A stretch of DNA of 64,000 nt from contig NW_003314268.1 of NCBI RefSeq assembly GCF_000143415.4, positions 1,658,672-1,722,671 on the forward strand, given 5' to 3'. The translations under genes were made by a program, and so were the position numbers. The DNA is from Selaginella moellendorffii (lineage: Eukaryota > Plantae > Lycopodiophyta). Within the stretch, counting starts at the first letter, position 1. Every line of letters starts with the position of its first letter. Shown here one piece after another: positions 1 through 13,224 of the stretch. The notes under the pieces were generated by a model that searched no databases, was not told where the DNA came from, and saw only the letters and a program-made list of their open reading frames with translations.

Positions 1-846
1 ATCCCATGCATTCGAGCAAGTTGTTAATGTTGCAAACCAAATGGACAATCGACTAAATTGCATACCATACTACCTTATCTAGAGCATTATGTTCTCACAT
101 CTTGCTCTTGGCGCTCATGGCAAAAGAATTAAATTATCCTTTTTTGGCACACCTTTTTTAACATAGTGTCATAGCAAGCGTAAGTGAACTCCATCTAACT
201 CCATCTAGAATTTGGGAGTGTGGCAGCCTTGATCGTCATCGACAGCCATCACTGTGTCCTCCCCACATTGCCGACTGCCACTGTGCTGCTCGCAATCATT
301 GATGCTCCCATTGTTACCTGCCACAGCATCTAGGCAATCATTGAATCCTCTTGCTTCCTCCGTCTTGCACTGTGATTCTTGAGGATGGAGGTCGCCAAGC
401 TGGAGCTGCTGGGGACGAGCTGGATGGCAAGGCAGGGGAGAAGGCGATGACGAGTGATGGAATCTGTCCAGAACACTGGAATCTGGAGCCGTGATCGCAG
501 CCATTGCTATCAATCCCTAGCAGCACCGCAGCTCTCCATACCACCCAAAATATCCCCTACACCATAGCCAATAACAGATTTACAGAGCATAGAATAACAG
601 AGCACTAAAGTGCAAGGAAGTGTCTCCTAAACCCGATGAATCCAAACTTGATGATTTGTGGCATCTATATATAGCCCATTGTTTATATTATGGGGACATC
701 ATTGACGCATTAAGCAAGCATCCATGGGGTATCCATGAGGCATCCAGATGACATTTAATGCTAAACCAATAGAAAACTGCCACATGGACATTGTATTGTG
801 AGTAAAATCTGCAGCTGTAACACTCACCCTTTTACGAATTGCACGC

Positions 847-1262
847 CATATAGAGCACCAACTCTATTTGCAACGCACTTCCACGAGCTCACCATTTCTA
901 TCATCAAGGTCCATCAGCTCACGGTCCCAGCAGACGTCCTCTTGTAGGAATCTCCAACTTTCACGTGAGTGCGCACATAGATCCCAGTTCCCGAAAGCTC
1001 ACAATACAAGGTACTCGCATATTTTCTTTCTAATGATCTGGTCCGTGAGTTTGTTTCCATGGCCCTTGTGAGCAGAGCTTCTGCATACACGTCGCGGAAT
1101 TTGCTTGATTTCCAGAATGCCTCGCCAAGTAAAAGGCTGCGGAGCTCGAAGACTTCTCGCCACAGGCGATTCTGGAAGATGATTTTCAAGGCTTTGGATT
1201 TCTTTGATATTTGAAAAATTGTCGCAGCTTGCCAAGCTTGGAAGTCAAAGGTCGGACATCTT
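847..1262 (+). pseudogene. Chimeric fragment: short MSH2 ATPase piece (APTLFATHFHELT) joined to an unknown gene fragment; inverted paralog of ~59400-59745
   Basis: gcaccaactctatttgcaacgcacttccacgagctcacc translates to the MutS motif LFATHFHEL. The downstream sequence matches the reverse complement of ~59400-59720. Confidence 0.7.
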
Positions 1263-1329
1263 CCAGTCAACATTGGAATGGAAGTACTCTCCAGCGCTCG
1301 GCTCTACAATTTAGGGGCAGAAAGTAGGA

Positions 1330-2036
1330 ATGTTTTGGGCGGTGCATATAGTGGTCTTCCTCCTCACTGCTTTCATCTTCAAGCAATGGCTCTCCAGCAT
1401 ATCTCTCAATCTTCCGCCAGGCCCCAGAGGATTACCTCTCATCGGCCACTTCCATCTCCTGGCCATGGGCAAGCTCCCACACATCGCACTCCAGCAGCTC
1501 TCCAAGAGATTTGGACCCCTCTTTCACTTGCGCCTGGGATCTATCCCTGTGTTCGTGGTCTCCAGTCCAGAAATGGCCAAGGAGTTTCTCAAGAACCACG
1601 ACACGGAATTCGCCTATAGGCCTCGGAACAACGTGGTCTCCATAGTCATGGATAGCAGGAGCATGTCTTTCTCGCCATATGGAGACTACTGGAAGAAGCT
1701 GAGGAAGCTCTGCGCCACGGAGCTCTTCACGGCCAAGGGTGAGTTTGAACGCGCAGATCATCCGGGACGAGCTGTGGGATCTCAGTCGCGAGCTCTCGAG
1801 GGCTTCCACTGGCCAAGTTCTGTTCAATGTCATGACTCGTATCCTTATGAAGAAGACTTACTTTGGATCCAAGGCCTCTGGTAACGCAATTGCGGAGGAC
1901 GCCTCGAATTTCATTGGGATGATTGATGAGTTTCTTGAGGTGGGAGCTGAGTGACTATTTCCCTTACTTAAGCTCGCTCGACTGGGTTGCCCGCTGGGCA
2001 AAGGTGGCTGGGGATAAGATGAATGGCTTCTTGCAA
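1330..2036 (+). pseudogene. Cytochrome P450 (CYP71-clan) pseudogene, exon 1, truncated
   Basis: TM anchor, LPPGPRGLPLIGHFHLL and FSPYGDYWKKLRK motifs. Compared with the copy at 63091 it has a 2-bp deletion near 1737 plus further deletions, and stops at 2036 where Copia sequence begins. Confidence 0.9.
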
Positions 2037-2039
2037 CCA

Positions 2040-4029
2040 TGTAAATATATACAAGTCTTGTTTCTGCTCATTTCAGCGTCCACATGAATCTCTTGCCACC
2101 TTGGATTAGACTCTAGGCTGGCTATCTACACTCCCACTCAGCCGTGAGAGTCTATAACGCTCATATCTTCACGATGTTGTTGAAACTTGTCTTTGCTTGA
2201 AGCTTTTGTCATAATGTCTGCTGTCATCTGCTTCGTCGAAACATATCTCAGCTGCACTCTGTTCGCTAGAACCTGTTCTCGAATAAAATGTACCTTCATC
2301 TCGAAGTGTTTGGTGCGGCCGTGGAACTTCGGATTCTCCGACAACTCGATCGCGCTTCAATTGTCACAAAACAAAGTCATTGGCTGCTGCACTGGAACAC
2401 CAATTTGCTCCAGAAAATCTGTATGCCACCTCGCTTCTTGAGCTGCTGTCGGTTGCACCAATATATTTGGCCTCGGTGGATGGAAGTGCTGTGATTGCTT
2501 GTCGCTTGCTGCTCCAGCTGCTCCAACTGCAAATCCCAAGTCTGGTCTGGTACTGATGGCTAGATAAATAAAGCATCCAACTGCGCCATCACTGCTTTCT
2601 CCTCCTCAGAGTTGGGACTGTGCTCAATAGACAGCACAAGACCTGGATCCATGGGTGTCACCACGGGCTTGCAATCTTGCATGTTGAACTTGTGTAAGAT
2701 TTCTTCAACATAATGTGCTTGAGAGAGCTCGATGACAGATACTTCTCTGTCACGAAGCACCTGGATCCCAAGGCAATAAGAAAGACGTCCAGTCGCTGAA
2801 ATCTTGAACTGGGATACTGGCAGACGTGCTGCCATAATATTATATCTGCAGGAGGCTGGGTAGGGACTCGATTGCGAATATATGTGGCTGAATTAATCGC
2901 CTCGGCCCAGAACGATAGTGGCATTCCTGCGTGAATAAGCATACTACGTGCACTCTCATAAGAGTCCGGTTCATTCTTTCAGCAACTCCATTTTGAGCAG
3001 GACTATCTGGAGCTGTAAACTGCTGCTGGATACCGCTCCCATTGCACAGCTTCATAAAATTTCGTGACTTGTACTCGCTACCTCTGTCACTGCGTAGAGT
3101 CTTGAGCTGCTTGCCAAGAAGATTTTTAGCAGAAGCCTTGTAAACTTTAAAGTGATCAAGAGCTTCAGATTTCTTGGCCAAAAGTCTCACGACTGTGTAG
3201 CGTGAGTAGTCATCGATGAATGTCAAAAAATACCTCATTCCACAATGACTTTGGACATGGAGAGGCCCACACACGTGTGTGAACGAGCTCAAGAGGCTGA
3301 CTGCTCTTGGATTCTGAAAACTCTGGAAATGATGTGCATGCTTGTTTTCCTAGCACAGAAGCCTCACAAAATTCAAGCTTGCTTGTAAACTCGAATTCTT
3401 ATGCATGTGCTTGATCTCTGGACACTGCTTTGAGGGCGTCTTCATGCACATGGCCTAGACGCTCATGCCACAACTGGAGATTACTTGCTCGAGTTGACTC
3501 GATCTGGCTGCTTGTCTGGAACAACCACGGTGGCGTTGAGTTTATAAAGTCCAGAATAACGTTGTCCATAAGCCACTGCTTGATCTGTCTTCTCATCTCG
3601 CATAATAGCTTGCTGGGCGTTAAAAATAAAATAGAAACCGTTGTCAGAAGCTGCACCGATTGAGAAAAGATGATACGCCAAGCCTGGAACAAAGTACATG
3701 TTCCTGATATGTCGTAGCTCTCCTGAGGCCAGCTTTGCTTGAACTGTGCCCACTGCTACAACTGAAAGAAGACTCTTGTCTCCTAAACCAACCTGCCTGC
3801 CTGTAGAAATTTTCCTGAGGTTCAGGAAAGCTTCTCGCCTGCCAGTCATGTGCATATTTGCTGCTCTGTCCAGCCAGATTACGTCTTGATCCTGCTGCTG
3901 AACAAACTCAGGTTCTGGAATAGCTCTTACCATGAGAGCTCTTGACTGGTTTGTATAGCCAGTCTTGGCGTTCTTTCTCCCCAATCCTCGAGGACGCCCT
4001 GCTAACCTGTCTATGCATTCTCTGGCATT
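2040..4029 (-). mobile_element. Ty1/Copia internal region, internally deleted (protease, GAG-pre-integrase, integrase, partial RT, RNase H)
   Basis: WLDRAANMHMT (PR), LWHERLGH, YFLTFIDDYSRY..LRSDRGSEY..QNGVAERMNRTL (IN), ENPKFHGRTKHFEMKVHFIRE (RH), in Copia order, with many frameshifts. Confidence 0.9.
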
Positions 4030-6355
4030 GATGAAACAGGTATGAAGGAAAAGTACTGTGCAGTATTGATACACCACTTCTTGATTTATATACACGTCCT
4101 TGTTCCTTTGATTGTGCCTTGATCTCTCCTTGGTTCCAACACTCCCCCTCAATCTGATGTCTTTTAATCAGATTGCTGCTCCCCCTGTGAGACCAGTCTG
4201 AGTTGTCATCGTAGTCATTCAAACTGTCAGACTTCAATTGTAATCTTTGTGAGCAGATCTGTAGTCATCTTCGTTGTAGGGATATATCTCAGCTTGACTT
4301 CTTCTCTCTCGATCCACTCCCTGATAAAGTAATGATACATCTAGAAGTGTTTGTTTCTCCCATGATGCACCGGATTCACAATGGACTGAAGAAATGCTGT
4401 GTTGTCATTGTAGACATTCAGTAGTACTTGCATCTCAAAATTGATATCTCGGAGCAGGCGTCGAATCCATAAAGCTTCCTTAACAGCTTCTGTAGCAGCA
4501 TTGTACTCTGCTTCACAAGTAGACAATGCCACCATCCTTTGTTTCTGGCTACACCATGACACAACCACATTAGAGAATTTGAACACATACCCGGTTGTTG
4601 ATCTCCTATCATCCAAATTGCTGGCAAGATCAGCATTTACCATTCCATATGGTATAAGTGCACCCAATTCAATTTCTCCTCCTGCCATCCCCTTGTACTC
4701 AAGATAAAGTGATGAAGTTTGTCATACATAGTTAAAAATCTGCTCTGCTGCATACCAATGTCTCTTTCCGGGATTTTGCATGAACTGGCACACTCTGGAA
4801 ACAGTTGCAGCTATGTTTCATCTGCTTGATGTGGCTAAATACATCAACTCTCTAACCACGTTTTGATATGGTAGTTTACTTCTTCTCCCCCTTGGAACAT
4901 GGTTGATCTACTCTGGAGAGCTTATTGAATTGGAGCACTGGAGTTGGAGTTGGGCATGCAGTAAAGAAACCATTGTATTCCTTGATAAGACTTGAGATAT
5001 ACATCTACTCAACCTCCATCTACTCAACCTCAAGGTTTAAGTGATTGGCAATTGCAAGAACAAAACAAATAGAAACCATCTTAACTATAGGTGAAAAAAT
5101 CTCACTATAATCAATTTTGGCTCACTGTGTGTATCCTTTTGTGACTAACCTTGCTTTGTACCAATCAATCTCATTTGTCTCCTTGTATTTTATTTTGTGA
5201 ACCCATTTACATTGTATGATTGAAGCTTTGCAAAGAACCTTCTGTGGTGAAATGAATGTCTAGGAACCATTTTCCAATTGAGCATGATATTTGTCTTACA
5301 TTGCTTCTTGCCAATGAAAATGTTGTGGTCCAGAGAGTGCTTCATCTAAGTTTGTTGGCTTGTGAATGACTTGTGCAGTTTGTGCATAATAATGTAGAAT
5401 GTGAGATGCAGGTTTTCAAGGTATGAGAGAATCTTGGCAGTGAACTAGTGTTTGGAGAATCCAGAGATTCACCATTCTCTCACTCTGAAATGAATACTAT
5501 TCATGGAGATCTAGAAAATAATGGCTACTCATTAGAATTTTGAAGTGAAGTACCTCATTTTGAGAGTTCAAAGCCATTATCATCCATACTTGGAGAAAAA
5601 ACTTCTTGAGGTGGCAATGGATCCTCAAATGGTGTTTCAAGAGATAGTGGTGGGTTGTTCAAAAAGTAGTGGCAGTGGTGGTTCCACTGGAGAAGTCTAT
5701 GGAGTTGATACCACTTCCTCATCACTGTTATTTCCATATATATTGATTAGAACAGATTTGCCAATAGAGGGAGCCATGTCAGAGCCAAGAATATTTTAAG
5801 AATATTTTGGCACACTAAAGAATATTTTGTTAAGATTTCAATATCAATATCTAATTCCTTTTCAATGTTATGAACCCTTGATATTCAGACATTGCAGGAT
5901 GATGAATCCAAAATTTAACATTTGGATCCATCCCAAGAAGCATACAATATACAAAATACATATATTTGTAAGGGATGAAAGACTTATAAAAAATTTGACA
6001 TTGAAAAAAGTATGTGCAAGTGCAACTTGGGAATTGGTTGATTATAATGTTGTAAACCTTCTTGTTTACAATATCAGTTTCATAACTAAGAATTATATAC
6101 TCATGATGACAATATTGCTGCTTGATATTGACACTCTTAACTTTTGCCTTTAATTGTAATGCTTTTAAGTATGTTGCCTTTTCTTCCTTTAACCAGTATT
6201 TTTAATTTTCACATATTTGTTATTTCTTGTTTTCAGAACTTCTTAAGAATAATATCAAACTTAAGCTTGTAGTTGTGGCTGTAAAGTGTTATATTCAAAT
6301 TTAAAGCCTATTTCAACCAAAGCTTGAAGCTCCAAATTCATTAAGTTCACCCCTT
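4030..6355 (-). mobile_element. Older degenerate Ty1/Copia remnant (RT-RNase H, PPT, short LTR)
   Basis: DRRSTTGYVF..SWCSQKQRMVALSTCEAEY (4341-4688). RT-like YKARLVTKGYTQ near 5130-5165. Minus-strand TTGAGGGGGAG-TGTTGG PPT/LTR junction at ~4152-4136. Confidence 0.8.
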
Positions 6356-7870
6356 TATAAGCAACTAAATTTTCCATTCTATTTTAGTCACTTAATTACA
6401 CCTTTAACCACTTGGAGGAGTCTCACTCATAATCTCTATAAGTTCTATTCTGGACTTAGGGATTTACTAGCCCCGAGAGTGGCATCCATGCTACTCAACC
6501 TTTGCACTTGGTCCAAGTGCTCTATGTATCTGATCCCATGATTGACACTTAAAGGTACCACTAGCATATCAGCCCATTATGCTAAAGTTATGCTTATTCA
6601 CTTTTGTCACACTGGTGATTTAACACCACTTACATCATAGTCCCATCTCTTAAAGATTAGGCCATTCATTCATGAGAGATCATCCTAGATCCACTCTTTA
6701 GCATCCTTAGGATACCCGTAGATATGGGGGATAGCCTTCCTCAATATCTCTTTTTGGTCCTTACCAAGTCCCTTTTTGTCTATGGTCATGTTTGTTAACA
6801 CTACCGTTGGGTCAAGGTTTACAGGCCTGATCACTAAGTCCCACTGTCCTCTAGGACTTCCTCACCATATGACCATTGGTCACTACACCAGAGGATTATT
6901 CTTCTTCCTTTTCACAATCTAAGATTTTGGGATAATATTTCGAAACACTGTAACCCTGCATAAGCCTTATATGTACTCTCCCCACCTTCCGCCTTTGGGT
7001 GCTCTAGCTATGGGGCTAGAGTGAAGTTCTATTGAGCTATGCCAGGTATCTAAGTAGGTAGTGCCACCCACACTTGGATTGGGAGCATCGACCATTTGAT
7101 CTCTCGGGGGAATTAAAGTTGGCTCTTGAACACTTCACTAAGCTACCTCAGTTGTTAGTTTGTCCCCACTTGTTAGTTTGTATTCACTCTAGCTTTAGAC
7201 TCCTTATTGGATATATCATCATCTAACACGTAGGCATAGCCTTCATGGGTCACACTAACCTTACCTAGTCAAATTGGCTCCATTGGGGTCTAACCCCCAC
7301 ACTCTCTCTACTATACTTTTGGAATCCTCTACAAGCCTTTCTAGGGGACAATTGCTTTGGGCTTTCACCAAACAATTTGTATTAGTATTCAGATTTGGAC
7401 TCGGACTTGGTCTCGATCTCACTAATTCCATCTTGGACTCCATCTTGGGTACATCTCAAACTCCATCTCAGACTCCATCTTGAACTCCATCTCAGACTCC
7501 TTCTCAAGTCCATCTCAGACTCCATCTCAGACTCTTTCTTGGGTCTATCTCGGATCCATCTCAGACTCCACCTCAGACTCTTTCTCAAGTCCATCTCAGA
7601 CTCCATCTCAGACTCCTTCTTGAGTCTATCTCGGACTTCTTCTTAGACTCTATTTCAAGTCCATCTCCGGTCCCTTTTCTAGAGACTCATTTACTACTTA
7701 CTTCGTGCTCATTTCCCAAGCACTTTATTGGGAGTTCTAGTCCCACTCTTGACTATCCAAATTAGAGCTTTTTAGTCCAAATATGTTACACTCATTTAGT
7801 TTTCGCTTTGGCCACTACCATGTGGCACCCTTTTGGCTCCACTATGGGGCTTTGGGATTTGTGTCTCACA
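6356..7870 (-). mobile_element. Old solo LTR, family A (microsatellite-bearing)
   Basis: Homologous to 22560-24285. Ends TAtaagcaac...tgtctcaCA, 5-bp TSD CCCTT (6351-6355 / 7871-7875), heavy C>T decay. Confidence 0.85.
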
Positions 7871-9333
7871 CCCTTTTTCAAATGGCCAAGTATATGGTAC
7901 ATGTTCTGGTTTTTGGATAATCTATGCTACAACAGATTATGTGTCCAGAACTTCTGTTGAACAAACCACATAAATTGGTCACAATGCTGTAGAGGATGAC
8001 TATATTGTCATCATCCCCCAAAAAAGGTGCTAGAGTGCATAGACTTTCTATGGTAATTTATTTACCACATAATTTTCCTCCAATTTAAGCAAGACACTTG
8101 ATTGCAAATCTTACTTTAGGTTGATATATAGCCTATTCAATCTTATGGATTTTTTATTTTTTGACTTGGAAACACCTAAGCTCTTGGTTGCTCAAAAGCA
8201 TTGATCCTCCTCATTCTTTAATAACATAGTCATACTTGAGAGAATGTGAATTTGTTAGCTGTATCAGCTCATTTTCTTGTCACTTCCTTTTGACAATTTC
8301 AAAGTTCTCAATTGGTTTTATTGTAGATTGAATTCCAAGACCATCGAAACTTGAGCCCATCACCTCTATGAGCTTGTGACTAAGAATTTGTATTAATATT
8401 GTAGCAGATAAGCGTGCCATTAAATCTTCAAGATTTGGTTCATTTCCTATAATCTAGGCTTTTATATAAGCATGCATAAAAGTTTGTTGTAGAATAGAAA
8501 TGACCAAGTCATTCTAGCAAGCTTCAGATAGAGGTACACATTTAGAGCCACTTGTTTTTGCTATCCATATTGCATAATAACTCTTGGTAAAATTTGTTGT
8601 TGGAATTTGGGTAGCAATTGTTTCAAAACTCATTTACAATAGAAAAGCTCTATTTCGTTAAAGTGGGATTTATTCAGTAAAATGGGACTAGGTACAAATT
8701 TTCAAGTATTTGAAAATGACGTGAAATTATATGTTTTTTGTCCAGGGGCTAGACATATCTGGGGCATGGTGACTAGCGCGGTGACTTTGTGTCCAGACTG
8801 AGTCCATCTGGTTGTATAATAAATCTCATTGTCAAGGTGAACAAGCCGAATCTGAAGCTAAAGAAGAGCGATGGCATGCGTGCACACACTATTTGTTTGT
8901 TCATTGAGCGTGTGGTGAGCTTTCCAAGATGAACGTCATTCCTATTAGCCAGACATATAACTTAATGGTGAGAACATTTAGATATTATTCAATGTTATCT
9001 TTTTCTAACGAATCTAATTGTGAAGGTGTAGCAAGAGGCATTGCTAGTCTGGAGAAGTCATTTAACTCATTTGACCCTTAGTGTATTTTCATGAAACTAA
9101 ATAACATTCATATTATTAAGGAATTTCTCTAGTACCTTTTTTTTACGACATAGAGGCTTGCATTTCTTTCAAAGGTGATTTAGTAAAAGGCCTGAGGGCA
9201 CATGCCATTCTATTTCTCAGACCGGTATTAAGATATACTAGTGCAAAGGGCCACATGCCATCACGCCTCCTCTGATTCAGATTCGGATTGTTCACCTTGA
9301 AATAAAATACATTAGAAACTTAGTAAAGGAATA

Positions 9334-12300
9334 TTAATGAATCTCACCTTGAACCCGGGTTATGAATGCTCTTGCTGCATCTCTTGCATGGTCTGGCAAG
9401 GTGATGGTGGCACTCTGCTTCCGCATCCAACCATGCACAACATTATCCACCGATATGCTCATGCTGGGATCCCTTGGATTCAGCACCCATCTCTTTTCTA
9501 GGCAATCCTTCGTATATCCGGAACTTGGCTTGAACCACTCCACAGTTACATTGAAGGAGTTAGTTTCCGCGTCCTCCTCTGCATCAGTGATGCAGCGCCC
9601 CACCCATATCATTTGTTTTTTATTACTGGGTCTGACAAGCACGACCATTCCTTTGCAGACCTGTACTGGATTGAATGCTGAATCCGGCTTCTTGTTCCTC
9701 GGCCCACAATAGTGATCCTTAACATCGTTATCTGTCACTGCATTTCCAGAGGACATTGTTCCGCTACTATCTGGTGCTTTGGGTTCTGGCCAAAAGGACT
9801 CTTCCAATTCTTCATATACAACCGGCCCATTTTGGATAGCAGATATAATCTTCTCCCAGTATTCGAGCAAAGGCTTGCACCTCTTAAAATAGGATTCTCC
9901 ACCAAACACCAACCCCCTCTTCCAGAAGGCAATATGCTGTCTAATCCAGGCCACTATACTTTCCTGGTCTTTGAGTCCATCTGGGTGCATCGGCCATGGG
10001 GAACCCTGAGGAATCATAGGTTCCCCAGTTATGGGATCTCTCTTGAAGAGTTCAATGCCGTCCACTGGCAGCCACACTGTGTCCCATTCTCTCATCTTGT
10101 ACCTCATCACTGGAGCACCGTCACGCATGCTGAAATGAAACTGAAGAGGCTTGGAGTGGCCAATCAGCGTTTCGGATCCATCCCTGATGTAGCCTCTTAC
10201 AAACCCCTTAAAGTCTGGAACCTCTGTCACAAGTGCAGCTTCAACAGTGCCTTTGATGCAATTTTGGAATTCATCGTAGAGTTGTGGGAGGGTGAGGACA
10301 TTGGATCGCCGGAGGGACTCTGCCAAGTGACTGAACATGGCATCGACGTCTTCATGAGTGTGCCCAACCATGAGAAAGCCAAGTGTAACCGTTTCAAATA
10401 TGCCTTTGGCAACAAGCATCGCCAAGTACGTGAAGACGTACATGTTTTTGTTCTCACTGCCAGCATTGTCTGTTTGGAGCAGAAGATGGGGTGGAAGGCC
10501 ACATCGGCCGCAAGAACTTCCTTGAGATTCTGCTTCGTTTGGATGAGGCTGTGCATTCACCGGGCGACTAGCCTCGTCGGAATGGCATGATTATTCAGGC
10601 CATGAATCTGACGGCCAACATATTCACTGGGATGGCATGGGGCCCCACGCGATACTGCAAGCCTTTGCTCCTCCTCCAGCTGAACCCTGTATGGGGTTCG
10701 ATCGACAAGGGCCTTATGCAAGGGTTGGCCGTTCAGCTCAGTCTGCACACTTTGCAGAGACCTTAAGTGTTTTGCTAGGGACACAATCATCATGTTTGCA
10801 CCCCCGCCACCCCATAGAGGTACAAAGAAGTTCCCATAGTTCTGGGCACCATGCCCATGAGCGATTATGCCAAACAGAGACACAGGCAGCTGCATGGATG
10901 AAGAGATTGCCTTGGGGGCAGGATTGAGTCGAGGTAAGCACGTCTTTTTCTGGTCCATTTTGTCGTGGATGATGCAGAGGTAAGAGTCAGGTCTCTCCAT
11001 GGAGAGAATCCTGTTATGATAATATGCAGTCCTGCAGCTTCTCTGCTCGATGTTGTGGTCGAGCCGCCTTCTAACCAACGTCTCTCGCTCTTGAGCGCTG
11101 CAAGAATTCTTCGACAAAGCCATTTTGATAGCAGTGCACTCGTCACACTTTGAAAAGCTGGAGTACTTTCCTATACTCACATCCCTGAACCTGTTGCTCC
11201 ACAATCTACTAAATCTAGATTGGCTCAGCTTCCTGTAGCCATTACTCTGGAGTTCCCGATTCACATCTTCCAATATGGCCCCCTTGGTATACATGGAAGG
11301 GAGAACTCGTTGGGTGTCTCGTGTTCCATCTTCCAAGAGGCGGGTTTTATGTGGTTGCTGCTCGCTACATGTCTCGACAAACCTCTTGAAGATTGCCTCT
11401 CCATATACAACATGACCCCTGGTTTTGTGCGTACCGTCGTTCCCATGGACTGCCTGTTGAACCCTTTGTTCCTCGAACTCAGTTTTGATTTTGTAGAATG
11501 TGGTTCGAGGGACTCCATAAATGATTCTCCATGCCTTCATGCAGACCAAACCCCTCTGGAAGACGATGCCCCCCACCTGATGTTCTGAAGCATCAACAGA
11601 TGACCGTAATGCCTCATACACAAAATTGCAAGCTGCCTTCCAGGACAATGTCTTGTATCTTGCTCTCTCCTCTTCAATAGCATCCCAATCAGCATGTTGA
11701 CAGCACCTCCTCTTGCAACAAGCAACTGTCGAGACAATACGAACCTCCATCGCCATTTTCTGCCTTTTCGGTTCGTTGCTCAGATCCCTTTGGCTGCGCT
11801 GTAGGAAGGTGTACTTTCTTTTCCCATGAAGAGATGTTCTGTCATCAGTTGTAGTGGTGTTTGATTGTGAATCCTTCACATTCTCAAACACTAAATGCCT
11901 CAATTTCCACCGCACAATGCTTCCAATAGTCAGACTGTTTTCTTCTGTGTCAACAACCTCTAAAATCGCAACTCCAATATCATCCCAGCCCAATTCTTGA
12001 TTAGCAACCGCATCTCTTGGATCGACAACTGTGGCTAAGCCCTCAGCTACCACCTCCCCCTCGGGGTTGTTTAGAAACACCTTTGCCTGAATCCATGTAG
12101 CACGGTTCTTAAGATCCATGGAGGGAACATGCGTTGCACTTGCGCTGTCCCCAACATCTGCTTTCTTCTGCAGATTTTTCAAGGCAACAACAACATTTAC
12201 CCCGACGACCATCTCTCCTCGTTCAATAGCGACCACATTCCCATCGAAGATAGTCTCTACTGATACAGCAGCATTGCCTTCCCCAAGCCTTTGACAGTGT

Positions 12301-12395
12301 ATAACAAAGCTCCGATCCATAGACACAAGGGTCCCTTTTGCAACTCTCTTCCCACCATTCAAAATGTAAACCTTTTCCCCAACCCTGAAGGCCAT
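9334..12395 (-). CDS. DDE transposase (~1020 aa), frameshifted near 10590 in this copy
   Basis: Two N-terminal VAxG..L..VxV repeats resembling the En/Spm-associated domain, Cys motifs (CCKRRCC, FSKCDEC), HDKMDQKKTCLP, LLQTDNAGSENKN, FLMVGHTHEDVDAMFS, and a C-terminal beta-barrel-like region. Copy 2 reads through the junction in frame. Confidence 0.85.
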
Positions 12396-12583
12396 TCTGA
12401 AAGTGCAGAAAAGAAGTTAAGACCATACAAAAAATGATTGGAGAATGGCCTAAATCATAACATACCAAACAACCTCAATAGCATGAGGCCACATGCCATT
12501 ATTCAAACATGCTATTGACACCCACGTGAAATTTCGCATTCACAAAATTGGCATGAGCCCTCATGCCATTAGTGGTACCACTA

Positions 12584-12776
12584 ATGGCATGAGGCCTCAC
12601 GCTATCTTTGGCCCCTGCTAGCCTGTTGCTATATTCCTTTTGCCTTGTTGCAACTGTATATATTTTTGTGTGCGTGACTAGTCACCCATACGAGAAATAT
12701 ATACAGTTGCAGCAAGGCAAAAGGAATATGGCAATAGGCTAGCAAGGGCCAAAGATGGCATGAGGCCTCATGCCAT
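12584..12776. repeat. ~190-bp foldback upstream of the transposase ATG
   Basis: Arms pair around GTGACTAGTCAC (~12676-12687) and each arm ends in a 22-bp palindrome. Confidence 0.9.
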
Positions 12777-13224
12777 CTTGATATACACACAGTTGCAGGC
12801 AAGTAAAAACATACATGACAATACGCTAGCCATGAAATTGCAAGGGCCCAAGATGGCATGTGGCCTCATGCCATTTGTAAATGTGGTCCTAAACCATTCC
12901 ATGGTGAACATACCAGGAAGCACAAGTGCCGAATATCAAGAGGAAGCGGTAGCCACACCAAAGACAGTGCCGCTCGCAACACCGCAACTGCTTGTAGCGC
13001 CGCTCGCACAAACTGCCACTCGCATAAACTGCCGCTCGCACAAACTACCACTCGCATAAACTGCCGCTCGCAATGGCGCTCGCAATGCCGCAACCGCTTG
13101 TAGACGCATAAACCACAGCTCACAACGCCGCTTACACAAGCAGCGCTCACTGCGCTCAGCGGAACCAAGAACACGGCGCACAAAAATGATAGACCTAGGA
13201 ATGAGTTCGAGAATTCAAAAATAA

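Noticed and set aside
205-544. Short minus-strand ORFs
   Set aside because: No recognisable motif or gene structure.
12478-12874. CRISPR-like array of palindromic repeats
   Set aside because: Spacing is irregular, repeats are degenerate and dispersed over 13 kb, there are no cas genes, and the context is eukaryotic.
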